64,000 nt of DNA from Pristiophorus japonicus (GCF_044704955.1 NC_091995.1:434001-498000); one strand, 5' to 3'. Positions 48,560 to 61,843 are shown, counted from the stretch's first letter. Notes: generated from the letters alone by a model not told the origin. A program made the numbers and translations.

Positions 48560-48982
48560 ATTCGCTGATCCGCCAGTCCGTTGGGGAGAAGAAGAATCCT
48601 TTTCGTTACTTCAGCAGCCAGGAGTTGCGGGAGCTGTTCATCCTGGAGGACCCGCGGACCTCCAGCACCCAGCTCCAGCTGCAGTCCATGCACGCCAGCC
48701 AGCGGAAGACTGACAGCGCGCTGGACCAGCACATCGCCTTCCTGCACACCCTGCCCATGTTCGGGGTGACTGACCACGACCTCATCTACTCCCAGGACGT
48801 GCCCCCCGATGAGGAGAACGCCGTCAGCGACCCCCAGGCCTGCCAGTACATCCGCCAGCGGGTGCAAAAAGCCCAGGAGCTGGTGGCCGCCGAGTCCCAA
48901 CTGCAACAGCAGCTGGTCCAGAACCTCCAGACCGACACTGAACCAGCCTGGCTCAAACCCAGGGAGCCTGCGACAATCCCAG
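48560..48982 (+). CDS. ERCC6L: ERCC6L/PICH exon 3 (PICH-family domain)
   Basis: DSLIRQSVGEKKNPFRYFSSQELRELF...YIRQRVQKAQELV..ESQ; ggcag| acceptor and CAG|gtacag donor. Confidence 0.95.
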
Positions 48983-49044
48983 GTACAGTCCGTCTGTTGT
49001 ATTCTGTTTCCCCCTTCCCCCCCACCAACCCCCATGGGTCTTGA

Positions 49045-52000
49045 GAAGTAGCGGCAGGGATAGTGGATGCACTGGTTGTAATTTACCAAAATTCCCTGGA
49101 TTCTGGGGCAGTCCCAGCGGATTGGAAAACCGCAAATGTAACACCCCTATTTTTTTTTTTAAAAAAGGAGGCAGACAAAAAGCAGGAAACTATCGACCAG
49201 TTAGCCTAACATCTGTGGTTGGGAAAATGTTGCAGTCCATTATTAAAGAAGCAGTAGCAGGACATTTGGAAAAGCAAAATTCGATCAGGCAGAGTCAGCA
49301 TGGATTTATGAAGGGAAGTCATGTTTGACAAATTTGCTGGAATTCTTTGAGGATGTAATGAACAGGGTGGATAAAGGGGAACCAGTGGATGTGGTGTATT
49401 TGGACTTCCAGAAGATATTCGACAAGGTGCCATATAAAAGGTTACTGCACAAGATTAAAGTTCACGGTGTTGGGGGTAATATATTAACATGGATAGAGGA
49501 TTGGCTAACTAACAGAAAACAGAGAGTCGGGATAAATGGTTAATTCTCTGGTTGGCAATCAGTAACTAGTGGGGTGCCGCAGGGATCAGTGCTGGGACCC
49601 CAACTATTTACAATCTATATTAACGACTTGGAAGAAGGGACTGAGTGTAACGTAGCCAAGTTTGCTGACGAGACAAAGATGGGAGGAAAAGCAATGTGTG
49701 AGGTGGACACAAATAATCTGCAAAAGGACATAGACAGGCGAAGTGTGTGGGCAAAAATTTGGCAGATGGAGTATAATGTGGGAAAGTGAGAGGTCATGCA
49801 CTTTGGCAGAAAAAAAATCAAAGAGCAAGTTATTATTTAAGTGGAGAAGATTGCAAAGTGCCGCAGTACAGCGGGACCTGGGGGTCATCATTGGCAGTCC
49901 CTCGGAATCGAGGAAAACTTGCTTCCACTCAAAATGAGTCCTCAGGTGACTGAACAGTCCAATACGAGAACCACAGTCCCTGTCACAGGTGGGACAGACA
50001 GTGGTTGAGGGAAGGGGAGGGTGGGACTGGTTTGCCGCACGCTCCTTCCGCTGCCTGTGCTTGCTTTCTGCATGCTCTCGGCGACGAGACTCGAGGTGCT
50101 CAGCGCCCTCCCGGATGCACTTCCTCCACTTAGTGCGGTCTTTGGCCAGGGACTCCCAGGTGTCAGTGGGGATGTTGCACTTTATCAGGGAGGCTTTGAG
50201 GGTGTCCTTGTAACGTTTGCTCTGCCCACCTTTTGGCTCGTTTGCCATGAAGGAGTTCCAAGCACTGACCACACTCGATCAGCTCCGCTGGGCAGGCCAC
50301 GTTGTTCACATGTCAGACACGAGACTCCCAAAGCAAACGCTCTACTCGGAACTCCTTCGCGGCAAGCCAGCCTTTGGGTGCAGCTGGAAGTTGATTGGCC
50401 ATCCCGAGTTTCCTCACCAAGGTGGCCATACCTCTGTCTTGCTCGAGGGCTACTAAATGTCACACCGAGGCCCAGGTAAGGAAAGGGCATCGGTGAACCA
50501 GTTGGGTTTTAGCGACAATCCCACAGTTTCAGAGCAAGAGGATAACTTGAGAAAGCATGGGGCCTATTAGAGACCACAAAGGAAATCTCTGTGGAGGCAG
50601 AAGACATGGGTAGGATTCTCAATGAATACTTTGCATCTGTTTTCACGAGAGAGGGGCGATGCAGACTTTGCAATGAGGGGGGAGGAGCGTGAAATATTAG
50701 ACAAGATAAACATAGTGAGAGAGGAAGTATTAAGGGGCATAGCAGCTTTGAAAGTGGATAAATCCCCAGCCCCGGATGAAATGAATCTCAGGCTGTTAAG
50801 CGAAGCAAAAGAGGAAATAGCAGAGGCTCTGACCATCATTTTCCAATCCTCTTTGGCTACAGGTGTGGTGCCACAGGACTGGAAGATGGCTAATGTGGTA
50901 CCTTTGTTTAAAAAAATAAGAAAGGGATAGACCGAGTAATTACAGGCCAGTCAGCCTTACCTCAGTGGTGGGAAAGTTATTGGAAAAAATCCTGAGGGAC
51001 AGGATAAATCTTCATTTAGAAAGACACGGATTAATCAAGGACAGTCAGCATGAATTTGTTAAGGGAAGGTCGTGCCTGACTAACTTGACTGAATTTTTCG
51101 AGGAGGTAACAAGGAGAATCGATGAGGGCAGTGTGTTTGATGTAGTGTATATGGATTTTAGCAAATGGCAGATTGGTCACAAAGGTAAAAGCCCATGGGA
51201 TCCAGGGCAAAGTGGCAAGTTGTAACTAGCAGAGTGGACAAGGGAGAACCAGTGGATGTGGTATATTTGGACTTTCATAGGCTTTTGACTAGGTCCCACA
51301 CAAGGGATTAGTGTGCAAAATCAAAGCGGGGGTTATTGGGGGTAATGTACTGACGTGGATAGAGAACTGGTTGGCAGACAGGAAGCAGAGAGTCGGGATA
51401 AACGGGTCCTTTTCAGAATGGCAGGCAGTGACTAGTGGAGTGCCACAGGGCTCAGTGCTGGGACCCCAGCTCTTTACAATATATATTAATGATTTGGACA
51501 AAGGAATTGAGTGTAATATCTCCAAGTTTGCAGATGACACTAAACTGGGTGGCGGTGTGAGCTATGAGGAGGACGCTAAGAGGCTGCAGGGTGACTTGGA
51601 TAGGTTAACTGAGTGGGCAAATGCATGCAGATGCAGTATAATGTGGATAAATGTGAGGTTATCCATTTTGGGGGCAAAAACACGAAGGCAGAATATTATC
51701 TGAATGGCAGATTAGGAAAAGGGGGGAGGTGCAACGAGACCTGGGTGTCATGGTTCATCAGTCATTGAAAGTTGGCATGCAGGTACAGCAGGTGGTGAAG
51801 AAGGCAAATGTTATGTTGGCCTTCATAGCTAGGGGATTTGAGTATAGGAGCAGGGAGGTCTTAACTGCAGTTGTACAGGGCCTTGGTGAGGCCTCACCTG
51901 GAATATTGTGCTCAGTTTTGGTCTCCTAATCTGAGGAAGGACGTTCTTGCTATTGAGGGATTGCAGCGAAGGTTCACCAGACTGATTCCAGGAATGGCTG

Positions 52001-54540
52001 GGCTGTCATATGAGGAGAGACTGGATCGACTGGGCCTTTATTCACTGGAGTTTAGAAGGATGAGAGGGGATCTCATAGAAACGTATAAGATTCTGACAGG
52101 ACTGGACAGGTTAGATGCAGGAAGAATGTTCCCGATGTTGGGGAAGTCCAGCATCAGGGGACATAGTCTTAAGATAAGGGGTAGGCCATTTAGGACTGAG
52201 ATGAGGAGAAACTTCTTCACTGAGTTGTTAACCTGTGGAATTCCCTGCCGCAGAGAGTTGTTGAGGCCAGTTCGTTAGATATATTCAAGAGGGAGTTAGA
52301 TGTGGCCCTTACGGCTAAAGGGATCAAGGGGTATGGAGAGAAAGCAGGAAAGGGGTACTGAGGGAGTGATCAGCCATGATCTTATTGAATGGCGGTGCAG
52401 GTTCGAAGGGCCGAATGGCCTACTCCTGCACCTATTTTCTATGTTGGATCCAAAATTGGCTCAGGCAGGAAGCAAAGGGTAATGGTCGATGGGTGTTTTT
52501 GTGACTGGAAAGATGTTTCCAGTGGGCTTCCGCAGGGCTCAGTACTGGGTCCCTTGCTTTTTGTGGTATATCAATGACTTGGACTTGAATGTTGGGGGTA
52601 TGATTAAGAATAATATATATAAGAACATAAGAATTAGGAACAAGAGTAGGCCATCTAGCCCCTCGAGCCTGCTCCGCCATTCAACAAGATCATGGCTGAT
52701 CTGGCCGTGGACTCAGCTCCACTTACCCGCCCGCTCCCCGTAACCCTTAATTCCCTTATTGGTTAAAAATCTATCTATCTGTGACTTGAATACATTCAAT
52801 GAGCTAGCCTCAACTGCTTCCTTGGGCAGAGAATTCCACAGATTCACAACCCTCTGGGAGAAGAAATTCCTTCTCAACTCGGTTTTAAATTGGCTCCCCC
52901 GTATTTTGAGGCTGTGCCCCCTAGTTCTAGTCTCCCCGACCAGTGGAAACAACCTTTCTGCCTCTATCTTGTCTATCCCTTTCATTATTTTAAATGTTTC
53001 TATAAGATCACCCCTCATCCTTCTGAACTCCAATGAGTAAAGACCCAGTCTACTCAATCTATCATCATAAGGTAAACCCCTCATCTCCGGAATCAGCCTC
53101 GTGAATCGTCTCTGTACCCCCTCCAAAGCTAGTATATCCTTCCTTAAGTAAGGTGACCAAAACTGCACGCAGTACTCCAGGTGCGGCCTCACCAAGAAGT
53201 TTGCAGCTGACACTAAAATAGGCCGTGTGGTTGATAATGAAGAAGAAAGCTGCGGACTGCAGGAAGATATCGATGAACTGGTCAGGGGGTACAACAGTGT
53301 GAAGTGATAGATTTTGGTATAAACTAAAAGGGGTGCATGTGCAGAAATCGTTGGAGGTGGCGGGGTGGGTTGAGAAAGTACTTAAAAAAGCTTACGGGAT
53401 CGTGGGCTTCATAAGTAGAGGTACAAAAGCAAGGTCTCTGAGGGTTGTAAATCTGGAATTCGCTGCCTCAGGGAGCTGTGGAAGCTGGGATATTGAATAA
53501 ATTTAAGATGGAGATAGACAGTTTCTTAACCGATAAGGGAATAGGGGGGCGGGCAGGGAATGGAGCTGAGTCTATGATCAGATCTTATCTTATCTGAGGA
53601 GGTTCACTCGGTTGATTCCGGAGATGAGGGGGTTGACTTATGAGGAAAGGTTGAGGAGGTTGGGCCTCTACTCATTGGAATTCAGAAGAATGAGAGGTGA
53701 TCTTATCGAAACGTATCAGATTATGAGGGGGCTTGACAAGGTGGATGCAGAGAGGATGTTTCCACTGATGGGGGAGACTAGAACTAGGGGACATAATCTT
53801 AGAATAAGGGGCCGCCCATTTAAAACTGAGATGAGGAGGAATTTCTTCTGAGGGTTGTAAATCTGTGAAATTCACTGAGAGCTGTGGAAGCTGGGACATT
53901 GAATAAATTTAAGATGGAGATCGACATATGTTTAAATGACAAGGGAGTGAAGGGTTATGGGGAGCGGGCGGGGAAGTGGAGCTGAGTCCATGATCAGATC
54001 AGCCATGATCGTATTAAATGGCGGAGCAGGCTCGAGGGGCCGTATGGCCGACTCCTGCTTCTATTTCTTATGTTCTGTAACAGCAAGGACGTTAGGTTGG
54101 AGCTTTATAAAACACTGGTTCGGCCTCAACTGGAGTATTGTGTCCAATTCTGGGCACGGCACTTTACGAAGGATGTGATGGCCTTAGAGAGGGCGCAGGA
54201 AAGATTTACACTGTGTGGATAGACTGGAGAAGCTGGGCTTGTTCTTCTTGGAGCAGAGAAGGTTGAAAGAACATTTGATAAAGGCGTTCAGAATCATGAG
54301 GGGTCTGGACAAAGTAGGTTGGCTAAGTGTAGCCATCTGATCAGAACTGGAGGCCATTCAGCCCCTCGAGCCTGTTCCGCCATACAATGAGATCATGGCT
54401 GATCTGTATCCCAACACTTATCCATACCTCCCGCCTTGTATCCATAACCCTCAATACCCTTGGCTACCAAAATCCATCCATCTTCGACTTAACAAATTCA
54501 TTGACCGAGCATCTACTGCTTTGTGTGGAAGAGAGTTCCA
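49045..54540. mobile_element. Cluster of nested CR1 and RTE fragments (RTE - 49886-50260; CR1 + 50570-52445; CR1 - 52620-53195; CR1 + 53590-54075)
   Basis: Repeated RT and C-terminal motifs in both orientations. Confidence 0.85.
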
Positions 54541-54654
54541 CATTTCTACTACCCGTCATTATTAAGTTGTGTGTGATGTTCCTGCTGGGTCAAGCCTGTA
54601 TACCGTGGCTTGTGTTTGTGGTTGGTTGTCAGGACGACCCACCAGTTGAAGGCT

Positions 54655-56870
54655 GTGCGATGTCCGTAGCTCGGTGGGTAGCATTCGCACCTCTGAGACA
54701 CAAGGTTGTGGATTCGAGTCCCACTCCAGGGACTTGGGCACAAAAATCTAGGCTGACACTGCAGTGCAGTGCTGAGGGAGCGCCGCACTGTCGGAGGAGC
54801 AATACTGAAGGGGGGCAGTGCTGAGGGAGCGCGGCAGTGCTGAGGGAGCGCCGCACTGTCGGAGGGGCAGTACTGAAGGGGGGCAGTGCTGAGGGAGCGC
54901 CGCACTGTCGGAGGGGCAGTGCTGAGGGAGCGCCGCACTGTCGGAGGGGCAGTGCTGAGGGAGCGCCGCACTGTCGGAGGGGCAGTACTGAGGGAGTGCC
55001 GCACTGTCGGAGGGGCAGTACTGAGGGACTGTCGCATTGTCGGAGGGTCAGTACTGAGGGACTGTCGCACTGTCGGAGGGGCAGTACTGAGGGAGCGCCG
55101 CACTGTCGGAGGGGCAGTACTGAGGGAGCGCCGCACTGTCGGAGGGTCAGTACTGAGGGAGCGCCGCACTGTCGGAGGGGCAGTACTAAGGGAGCGCCGC
55201 ACTGTCGGAGGGGCAGTACTGAGGGAGCGCCGCACTGTCGGAGGGGCAGTACTGAGGGAGCGCCGCACTGTCGGAGGGGCAGTACTGAGGGTGTGCCGCA
55301 CTGTCGGAGGGGCAGTACTGAGGGAGTGCCGCACTGTCGGTGGGACAGTACTGAGGGAGTGCCGCACTGTCGGAGGGGCAGTGCTGAGGGAGTGCCGCAC
55401 TGTCGGAGGGGCAGTACTGAGGGAGTGCCGCACTGTCGGTGGGACAGTACTGAGGGAGTGCCGCACTGTCGGAGGGGCAGTACTGAGGGATTGCCGCACT
55501 GTCGGAGGGGCAGTGCTGAGGGAGTGCCGCACTGTCGGAGGGGCAGTACTGAGGGTGTGCCGCACTGTCGGAGGGGCAGTACTGAGGGAGTGCCGCACTG
55601 TCGGTGGGACAGTACTGAGGGAGTGCCGCACTGTCGGAGGGGCAGTGCTGAGGGAGTGCCGCACTGTCGGAGGGGCAGTGCTGAGGGAGTGCCGCACTGT
55701 CGGAGGGGCAGTACTGAGGGTGTGCCGCACTGTCGGAGGGGCAGTACTGAGGGAGTGCCGCACTGTCGGAGGGTCAGTACTGAGGGTGTGCCGCACTGTC
55801 GGAGGGACAGTACTGAGGGAGTGCCGCACTGTCGGAGGGGCAGTACTGAGGGAGTGCCGTACTGTCAGAGGGGCAGTACTGAGGGAGCGCCGCACTGTCG
55901 GAGGGGCAGTACTGAGGGAGTGTCGCACTGTCGGAGGGGCAGTACTGAGGGAGCGCCGCACTGTCGGAGGGGCAGTACTGAGGGAGTGCCGCACTGTCGG
56001 AGGGGCAGTACTGAGGGAGTGCCGCACTGTCGGAGGGGCAGTACTGAGGGACTGTCGCATTGTCGGAGGGTCAGTACTGAGGGACTGTCGCACTGTCGGA
56101 GGGGCAGTACTGAGGGAGCGCCGCACTGTCGGAGGGGCAGTACTGAGGGAGCGCCGCACTGTCGGAGGGTCAGTACTGAGGGAGCGCCGCACTGTCGGAG
56201 GGGCAGTACTAAGGGAGTGCCGCACTGTCGGAGGGGCAGTACTGAGGGAGCGCCGCACTGTCGGAGGGGCAGTACTGAGGGAGCGCCGCACTGTCGGAGG
56301 GGCAGTACTGAGGGTGTGCCGCACTGTCGGAGGGGCAGTACTGAGGGAGTGCCGCACTGTCGGTGGGACAGTACTGAGGGAGTGCCGCACTGTCGGAGGG
56401 GCAGTGCTGAGGGAGTGCCGCACTGTCGGAGGGGCAGTACTGAGGGTGTGCCGCACTGTCGGAGGGGCAGTACTGAGGGAGTGCCGCACTGTCGGTGGGA
56501 CAGTACTGAGGGAGTGCCGCACTGTCGGAGGGGCAGTGCTGAGGGAGTGCCGCACTGTCGGAGGGGCAGTACTGAGGGTGTGCCGCACTGTCGGAGGGGC
56601 AGTACTGAGGGAGTGCCGCACTGTCGGAGGGTCAGTACTGAGGGTGTGCCGCACTGTCGGAGGGACAGTACTGAGGGAGTGCCGCACTGTCGGAGGGGCA
56701 GTACTGAGGGAGTGCCGTACTGTCAGAGGGGCAGTACTGAGGGAGCGCCGCACTGTCGGAGGGGCAGTACTGAGGGAGTGTCGCACTGTCGGAGGGGCAG
56801 TACTGAGGGAGTGTCGCACTGTCGGAGGGGCAGTACTGAGGGAGTGCCGCACTGTCAGAGGGGTGGCACT
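54655..56870 (+). mobile_element. DeuSINE 5' part with 33-bp array (~63 copies, 54770-56865); Deu domain absent
   Basis: tRNA-like A/B boxes TAGCTCGGTGGGTAG...GGATTCGAGTCCC at 54667-54722, then the array. Confidence 0.85.
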
Positions 56871-56953
56871 GAGGAGGGAGCGTCGTGAGCAGTCAGCTTA
56901 AAATGTTTCTGTTTTTAATTCCACCCCTCTTGGGGTTTTTTTTGTCTTTACAG

Positions 56954-58407
56954 GCCGAGGAGAGAGGCCCAAAAGAGTGCTGGCTTATCCCAGCCCCGCC
57001 CTGCCGACAGTGTTAAACGTCAGAGCCGAAACCCCCTCTCCGGTTACCGTGGACCTGACCCGGCCATTCAATGGCGAGGGCTCGGACGAGGTGTTTGACC
57101 TGAGCTGCAAATTAGCTGAGCTGCCGCTCGAGGAGGGGCAGGAGGAGGAGGAGGGGCAGGAGGAGGAGGAGGAGGGGCAGGAGGACGAGGACGAGGAGGT
57201 GGAAGTGGACGACAGGCAGGAGAACAACGTGGTGTTGCTGGACAGTTTCGAGTCGCTCGGCCCCACCAGCGCTCCCGGGGGAGTGGCTGACCCTGATGAC
57301 TCCCTCTCCCCAATCCCCGGACCCCTTCCCCGCGGCGGATCACGGCGGCTCTGCTCCGAGGGCCGGGCCGACCAGTCTGATGCCGAGGCGCTTGCCTCAG
57401 AGTTCGACTCTCCCGCCTCCAAGCCCCTGTTCCAGTCGGATTTCAACCTGGTGCTGGAGGAGACGGAGGAGGAGGAGGAGGAGGAGGACGAGGAGGAACC
57501 GGTGTCCGAGGTGCTCTCGGCCGATGGCTTGGGTGACGACTCCCGGCCGGGAGATGTTCAGCCGTCCCCCTCGGTGGGCGAGGGTGAAGAATCCCCCTAC
57601 ATCCGGCAGCCTCGCAAGAAATGCAGGCGCCAAGTGAGCGGGAGCGAGGAGGAGGAGGACATGGAGGAGGAACTCGAGTCCCGGAGCTCCCCCGGCCTGT
57701 CCACGCGAAGTCCGCAGCCGCAGGCCTTCCGGGTGACCGCTGCCTCTACCCCCAAAGGGCTCGGCTCGCCCCTCCTCCCCGGCCTGCTGAATGTCAGCAG
57801 CAGGCGCTCGGTGGCGTCCAGGACGTCCTTGATCGCCGCAGTCATCGACGAGGTGGAGGAGCTGGACGAGGAGGCGGCCGGCAGCGCCCCGGACAACGAC
57901 AGCGACGGCGGCAGCGACGACGGAGTCTTCTACATCAGTAGTCAGAGCGACGGAGAGGCCAGCGTCGGCGGCCAGGAAAGCCGATCGGAGCAAGAGCCCC
58001 AGGCCGGGGGGTCGTCGCTGGAGGACTCCGCTGTCAGCGAGGGCGAGCGTTCGGGCACCTTCGACCCCGAGCTGGGCTCCGACGAGCAGCTGGAGAGTTT
58101 CACCAGGGCCGAGGAGCCTCCTCCTCCCACCCTGCTGGATACCAGGGCCGCAGGCGACAGGGCGACACCACCGGAGCCTCGTCCCCCCGCCCTGCTGGAT
58201 ACCGGGGCCGCAGGCGACAGGGTGACACCACCGGAGCCTGCCCCCGACGACTACCAGGCCCTGGTGCAGTGCGGCAGGGAGCAGGCAGAGCGAGGGGAGT
58301 GGAAGGCGGCCCTGAACTGCCTGCTCAGAGCTCTGGACCTGCAGAGCGGGGACCCTGAGGTGCAGCTGATGACCATCAAGCTGTATCGGCGCCTGGACTG
58401 TAGCTGA
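56954..58407 (+). CDS. ERCC6L: ERCC6L/PICH exon 4 (acidic disordered region, STP motif, C-terminal TPR)
   Basis: tttacag| acceptor, phase 1; AASTPK, SRRSVASRTSL, DDYQALV...ALNCLLRALDLQSGDPEVQLMTIKLYRRL. Total CDS 3672 nt = 1223 aa. Confidence 0.93.
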
Positions 58408-58910
58408 GGGGTCGAGTGCATGCTCCCCCGGACGTCCCCTCTCTGTCCCAGCAGGAGCACTCGCTTCACTCCCCTCCCATTGCCGAGCACGTCGCGAGGG
58501 ACCAGACACTAAGCAGACCATCTGTTTTCCTGCGTGTGTGTGTGTGGAGAGCTGTGATACTGCTCTGCGGACTGTGGATACATAGCCCGACGGCTTATTG
58601 AGGCTTCCAGACCATTAACCGAGACCTGAAGGCTCCACAACAGCAGGAGCTGTTCACATTCGAAAGCTCAATGTAAAGTCCCCTGTTTAAAGCAAAATCT
58701 TTATCTCTTGCTGACTGCCTTGTATATATTTGTGTCTTCCCCCTCGACTTTACTCCCAGTCTCGCCCCGCCCTCTCTATTCCCAGTTCTCTCTCTCTTCC
58801 CCCCCCCCACCCACCTTTAGTGGGTGATTGGGTCGTGCTCTGGCCTCGTGCTGTCGAATATGAATACGGTGCCGCGATCGTTTTGTGTGTGTTGATTTTT
58901 TTTTACAATG

Positions 58911-58921
58911 AATAAAATAAA
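58911..58921 (+). promoter_or_regulatory. ERCC6L polyadenylation signal (overlapping AATAAA x2)
   Basis: AATAAAATAAA about 500 nt after the stop, followed by GT-rich sequence. Confidence 0.75.
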
Positions 58922-60459
58922 TGTTCACTTGACCTGTCTGTGTTGATTCAGGAGAATGGGCATGGATTTGTCAATGAGAAGTCGCACCCCATCGATCGTC
59001 ATACTGGGGGCAAGAAGCCCCTCCCAGCCTAGGTCGTCGCCCCCGGATCGAGAGAAGGTACGAAGGCCAGTGACCAGCTTCCCTGTGGTAGGCAGGTTGT
59101 CTCCTCTCAGTACAGGAAGGGAGGGTTAACCCAGACTGGCTATCATTGACCGGGGTCAGCCAGCCCTTGTCTGGGTTTTGGTTACAGTCGCTACTAAACG
59201 CTGGTGTTTCACTCCGGAGACAGAGGGGGGGGGGGGGGGGGGGGCCTGGACTTTGTTTCGCTGCTTGACTTGATCTGCTCCAGAATCATTCGTGCAACAA
59301 AATAACGGGAGCCCTATTGGGACTGAGCCGTGCCGATGTGGGGGTGACACATCCGGGGGGGGGGGGGGGGGGGGAGAAAGAGAGAGAGAGAGAGTGCGCC
59401 CGGGGAGCAGGGCGCGATCTTCTGTGAGGGTGACTCTCCGCAGGGGAAGTGGTTTCCCCAACCTATCCCTCACCCCCAAAAGACCTGGAATAAAGGGCCC
59501 CATCTCGCGCCTCAGTACAGTAATCATCGAGATCCATTTATTCAGGACGGCAGAATATGCTACATTCAAATACTAAATAGTTGGTTGACCCAACGCAAAT
59601 TACAATAATGTACAAGAATCGTTTCGGCGGCTTAAAAGTCATTTTGCCGATTTGGGAAGTGAGCGGGAGCAGGTTGCACTGTTACTGCATGGGCTGGGTG
59701 GGAAGGGCTGTACCCCTCCAATGTCCATTCTGTTGATCCACACTTCCCTCTTCAGCCATCTCACCCCTCCGGGAGTGAGAGTAACCGATTGCTTCATGGT
59801 GTCTGGCATCGAGGGAGGGAGAGGGCAGCTGTGGAGTCTTGTGGAGAAAGTACCTCGGGAGTTGAACCCATCGCGATCACCCATTCGCCTGTGGGGGCAA
59901 GACTGTCCTCTCTCAATTATCCCCGCTGTACACGCCCCGTTTATCTCAACGTGCAGATCCCCCTTTAAACTTGGGATCGGTATTCCTGGTGGAAAAGCTG
60001 GAGGGGCCTGTGCAGGACAATGCCGATTACTGTGCGCACCCACGGCCTGGGGAGAGAGAGAGAACATTGGTGGTTGAGAACTCACTTTAGGAGTGGAAGC
60101 AAGTCTTCCTCGATTTCGAGGGGCTGCCTGGGATGGTCAGGGTTCGGTGGCTGGGGAAATGAGTGTGGGGCGGGGAGTTGGTCAGGAAAGCTCCGAGCCT
60201 TCAGTGACAGTGATCGGCCAATACACACACACACACACACACGTCTCGCTGACTTGAGCAATGTGGTTGAACGGGGCCGTGTACAGTGTGAACAAGTGCT
60301 CACTTCTGGAGCAAAGTGGGGAAGGCTCAATTTACACAGGACCTGGGTTAGGCCACACTACAAGAAGGATATTGAAGCATAATCTTTTTGTAATGCAGAG
60401 AGAAGCGTAACGAAAAATCGATACGGTTGATACCAGACCTCTGCGAGCAGCAGAGGCTG

Positions 60460-60785
60460 AGGGATACTTGCATTGGAGGCAGTTCAGAGAAGGTTCACCA
60501 GGTTGATTTCTGGGATGAAGGGGTCTTATGAGGAAAGGTTGGGCCTATGGTCACTGGATGAGAGGTGATCTTATGGAAACGTATAGGATTTGGAGGGGGC
60601 TGGACAGGGTAGAGGCAGAGAGGATGTTTCCCCTCGTGGGGGAATGTAGAACTAGGGGGCATAGTCTCAGAATAAGGGGCCGCCCATTTAAAACTGAGAT
60701 GAGGAGGAATTTCTTCTCGGGTTGTAAATCTGTGGAATTCGGGTCATTGAATATATTTAAGATGGCGATAAACAGATTCTTGGGT
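60460..60785 (+). mobile_element. CR1 3' fragment
   Basis: MRGDLMETY...TRGHSLRIRG..RRNFF. Confidence 0.85.
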
Positions 60786-61843
60786 GTTGCGGGTGTAAAT
60801 ATTACCCGAGTGTCCGACCGTACATTTCTCTTTAATTCAGACGCGATGTGATGCTGAGCATCAGCGAACGTGACCCCTGGGGCTGGAGTACGCAGCTTTC
60901 CCCAGCCCCCTTCACAGGGAAGTGTAAGGGGCGTAGCCAACGTATGGGGTTGACCAGCTCGGATCGGTTAAATAAACATTCGGTGAGGACGTTTATATAA
61001 AAAAAAAGAGCTTTTTAGTCGAGGTGGCTTTTTAAACCTACACAGCGTTTCTCAAACAGCAGGCAGAAGGGCTGTGGGGACCACCCATGCAGTTAGTTGC
61101 CAAACTTTGGCTTTTCTCTCTCTCCGCACTGGGCCGACAGGTGATTTTACCCCCTCGGATTACAGTCGGTGTTGGAGAACATCCAGCTGACTACACGGAG
61201 CGAGAGAGGGGGAAGCAGCTGTTCTGGGGGGAAATTCAATGGATCGTCTATAGAACCCCTCCCCCCACAAATCGGGGGGGGGGGGGGGGGAGAGAAATGA
61301 AGGGAGGGGGAGGAGAGAGAAAGGGGAGGTTTGCAACATTTGAGCTAGAGTGACACCAGGAGAAGCTTCCTGTGACCCTATCACCAGTGATGAAAATGTC
61401 CCAGGGATACGTGATCAGGGCTTACACCCCCCGCCCCCTCCACACACATACACAGCAAGCTTGGTGATGGGGGCGGAAGGGACAGCAGACTGGATAAACC
61501 AGTAACTCTCAATCCCAGTGGAGGAACAGTCTGGCCTACTCCCCAGCACCAGGGGAACGGAAACACACACCCCCAAGGCTCTCTCTCTCTGCGGATCGCT
61601 GGGGGCCGGGACATTCGCAGGTCAACCAGCCTGTGTTTACCAACCCAAGTGTACAGTGGCATTTATTAAAGTATGTACAGTGAGAGAAAGTCTTCATCTA
61701 GAGCAGGGAGGGGCTTTTGGGGGAGAGGGGACATTTTTCTCGTCTGCGCGCATTTCCGTTTATTGATCAGTCTGAGGGAGACACGGCCCACCGCAGCGCG
61801 TTTGAGATCGGAGGTTACCGCAGGGGGTGGCAAACTCGGCCAA

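Noticed and set aside
54660-54730. tRNA-like sequence with A and B boxes
   Set aside because: SINE head continuing into SINE body; no convincing acceptor stem.
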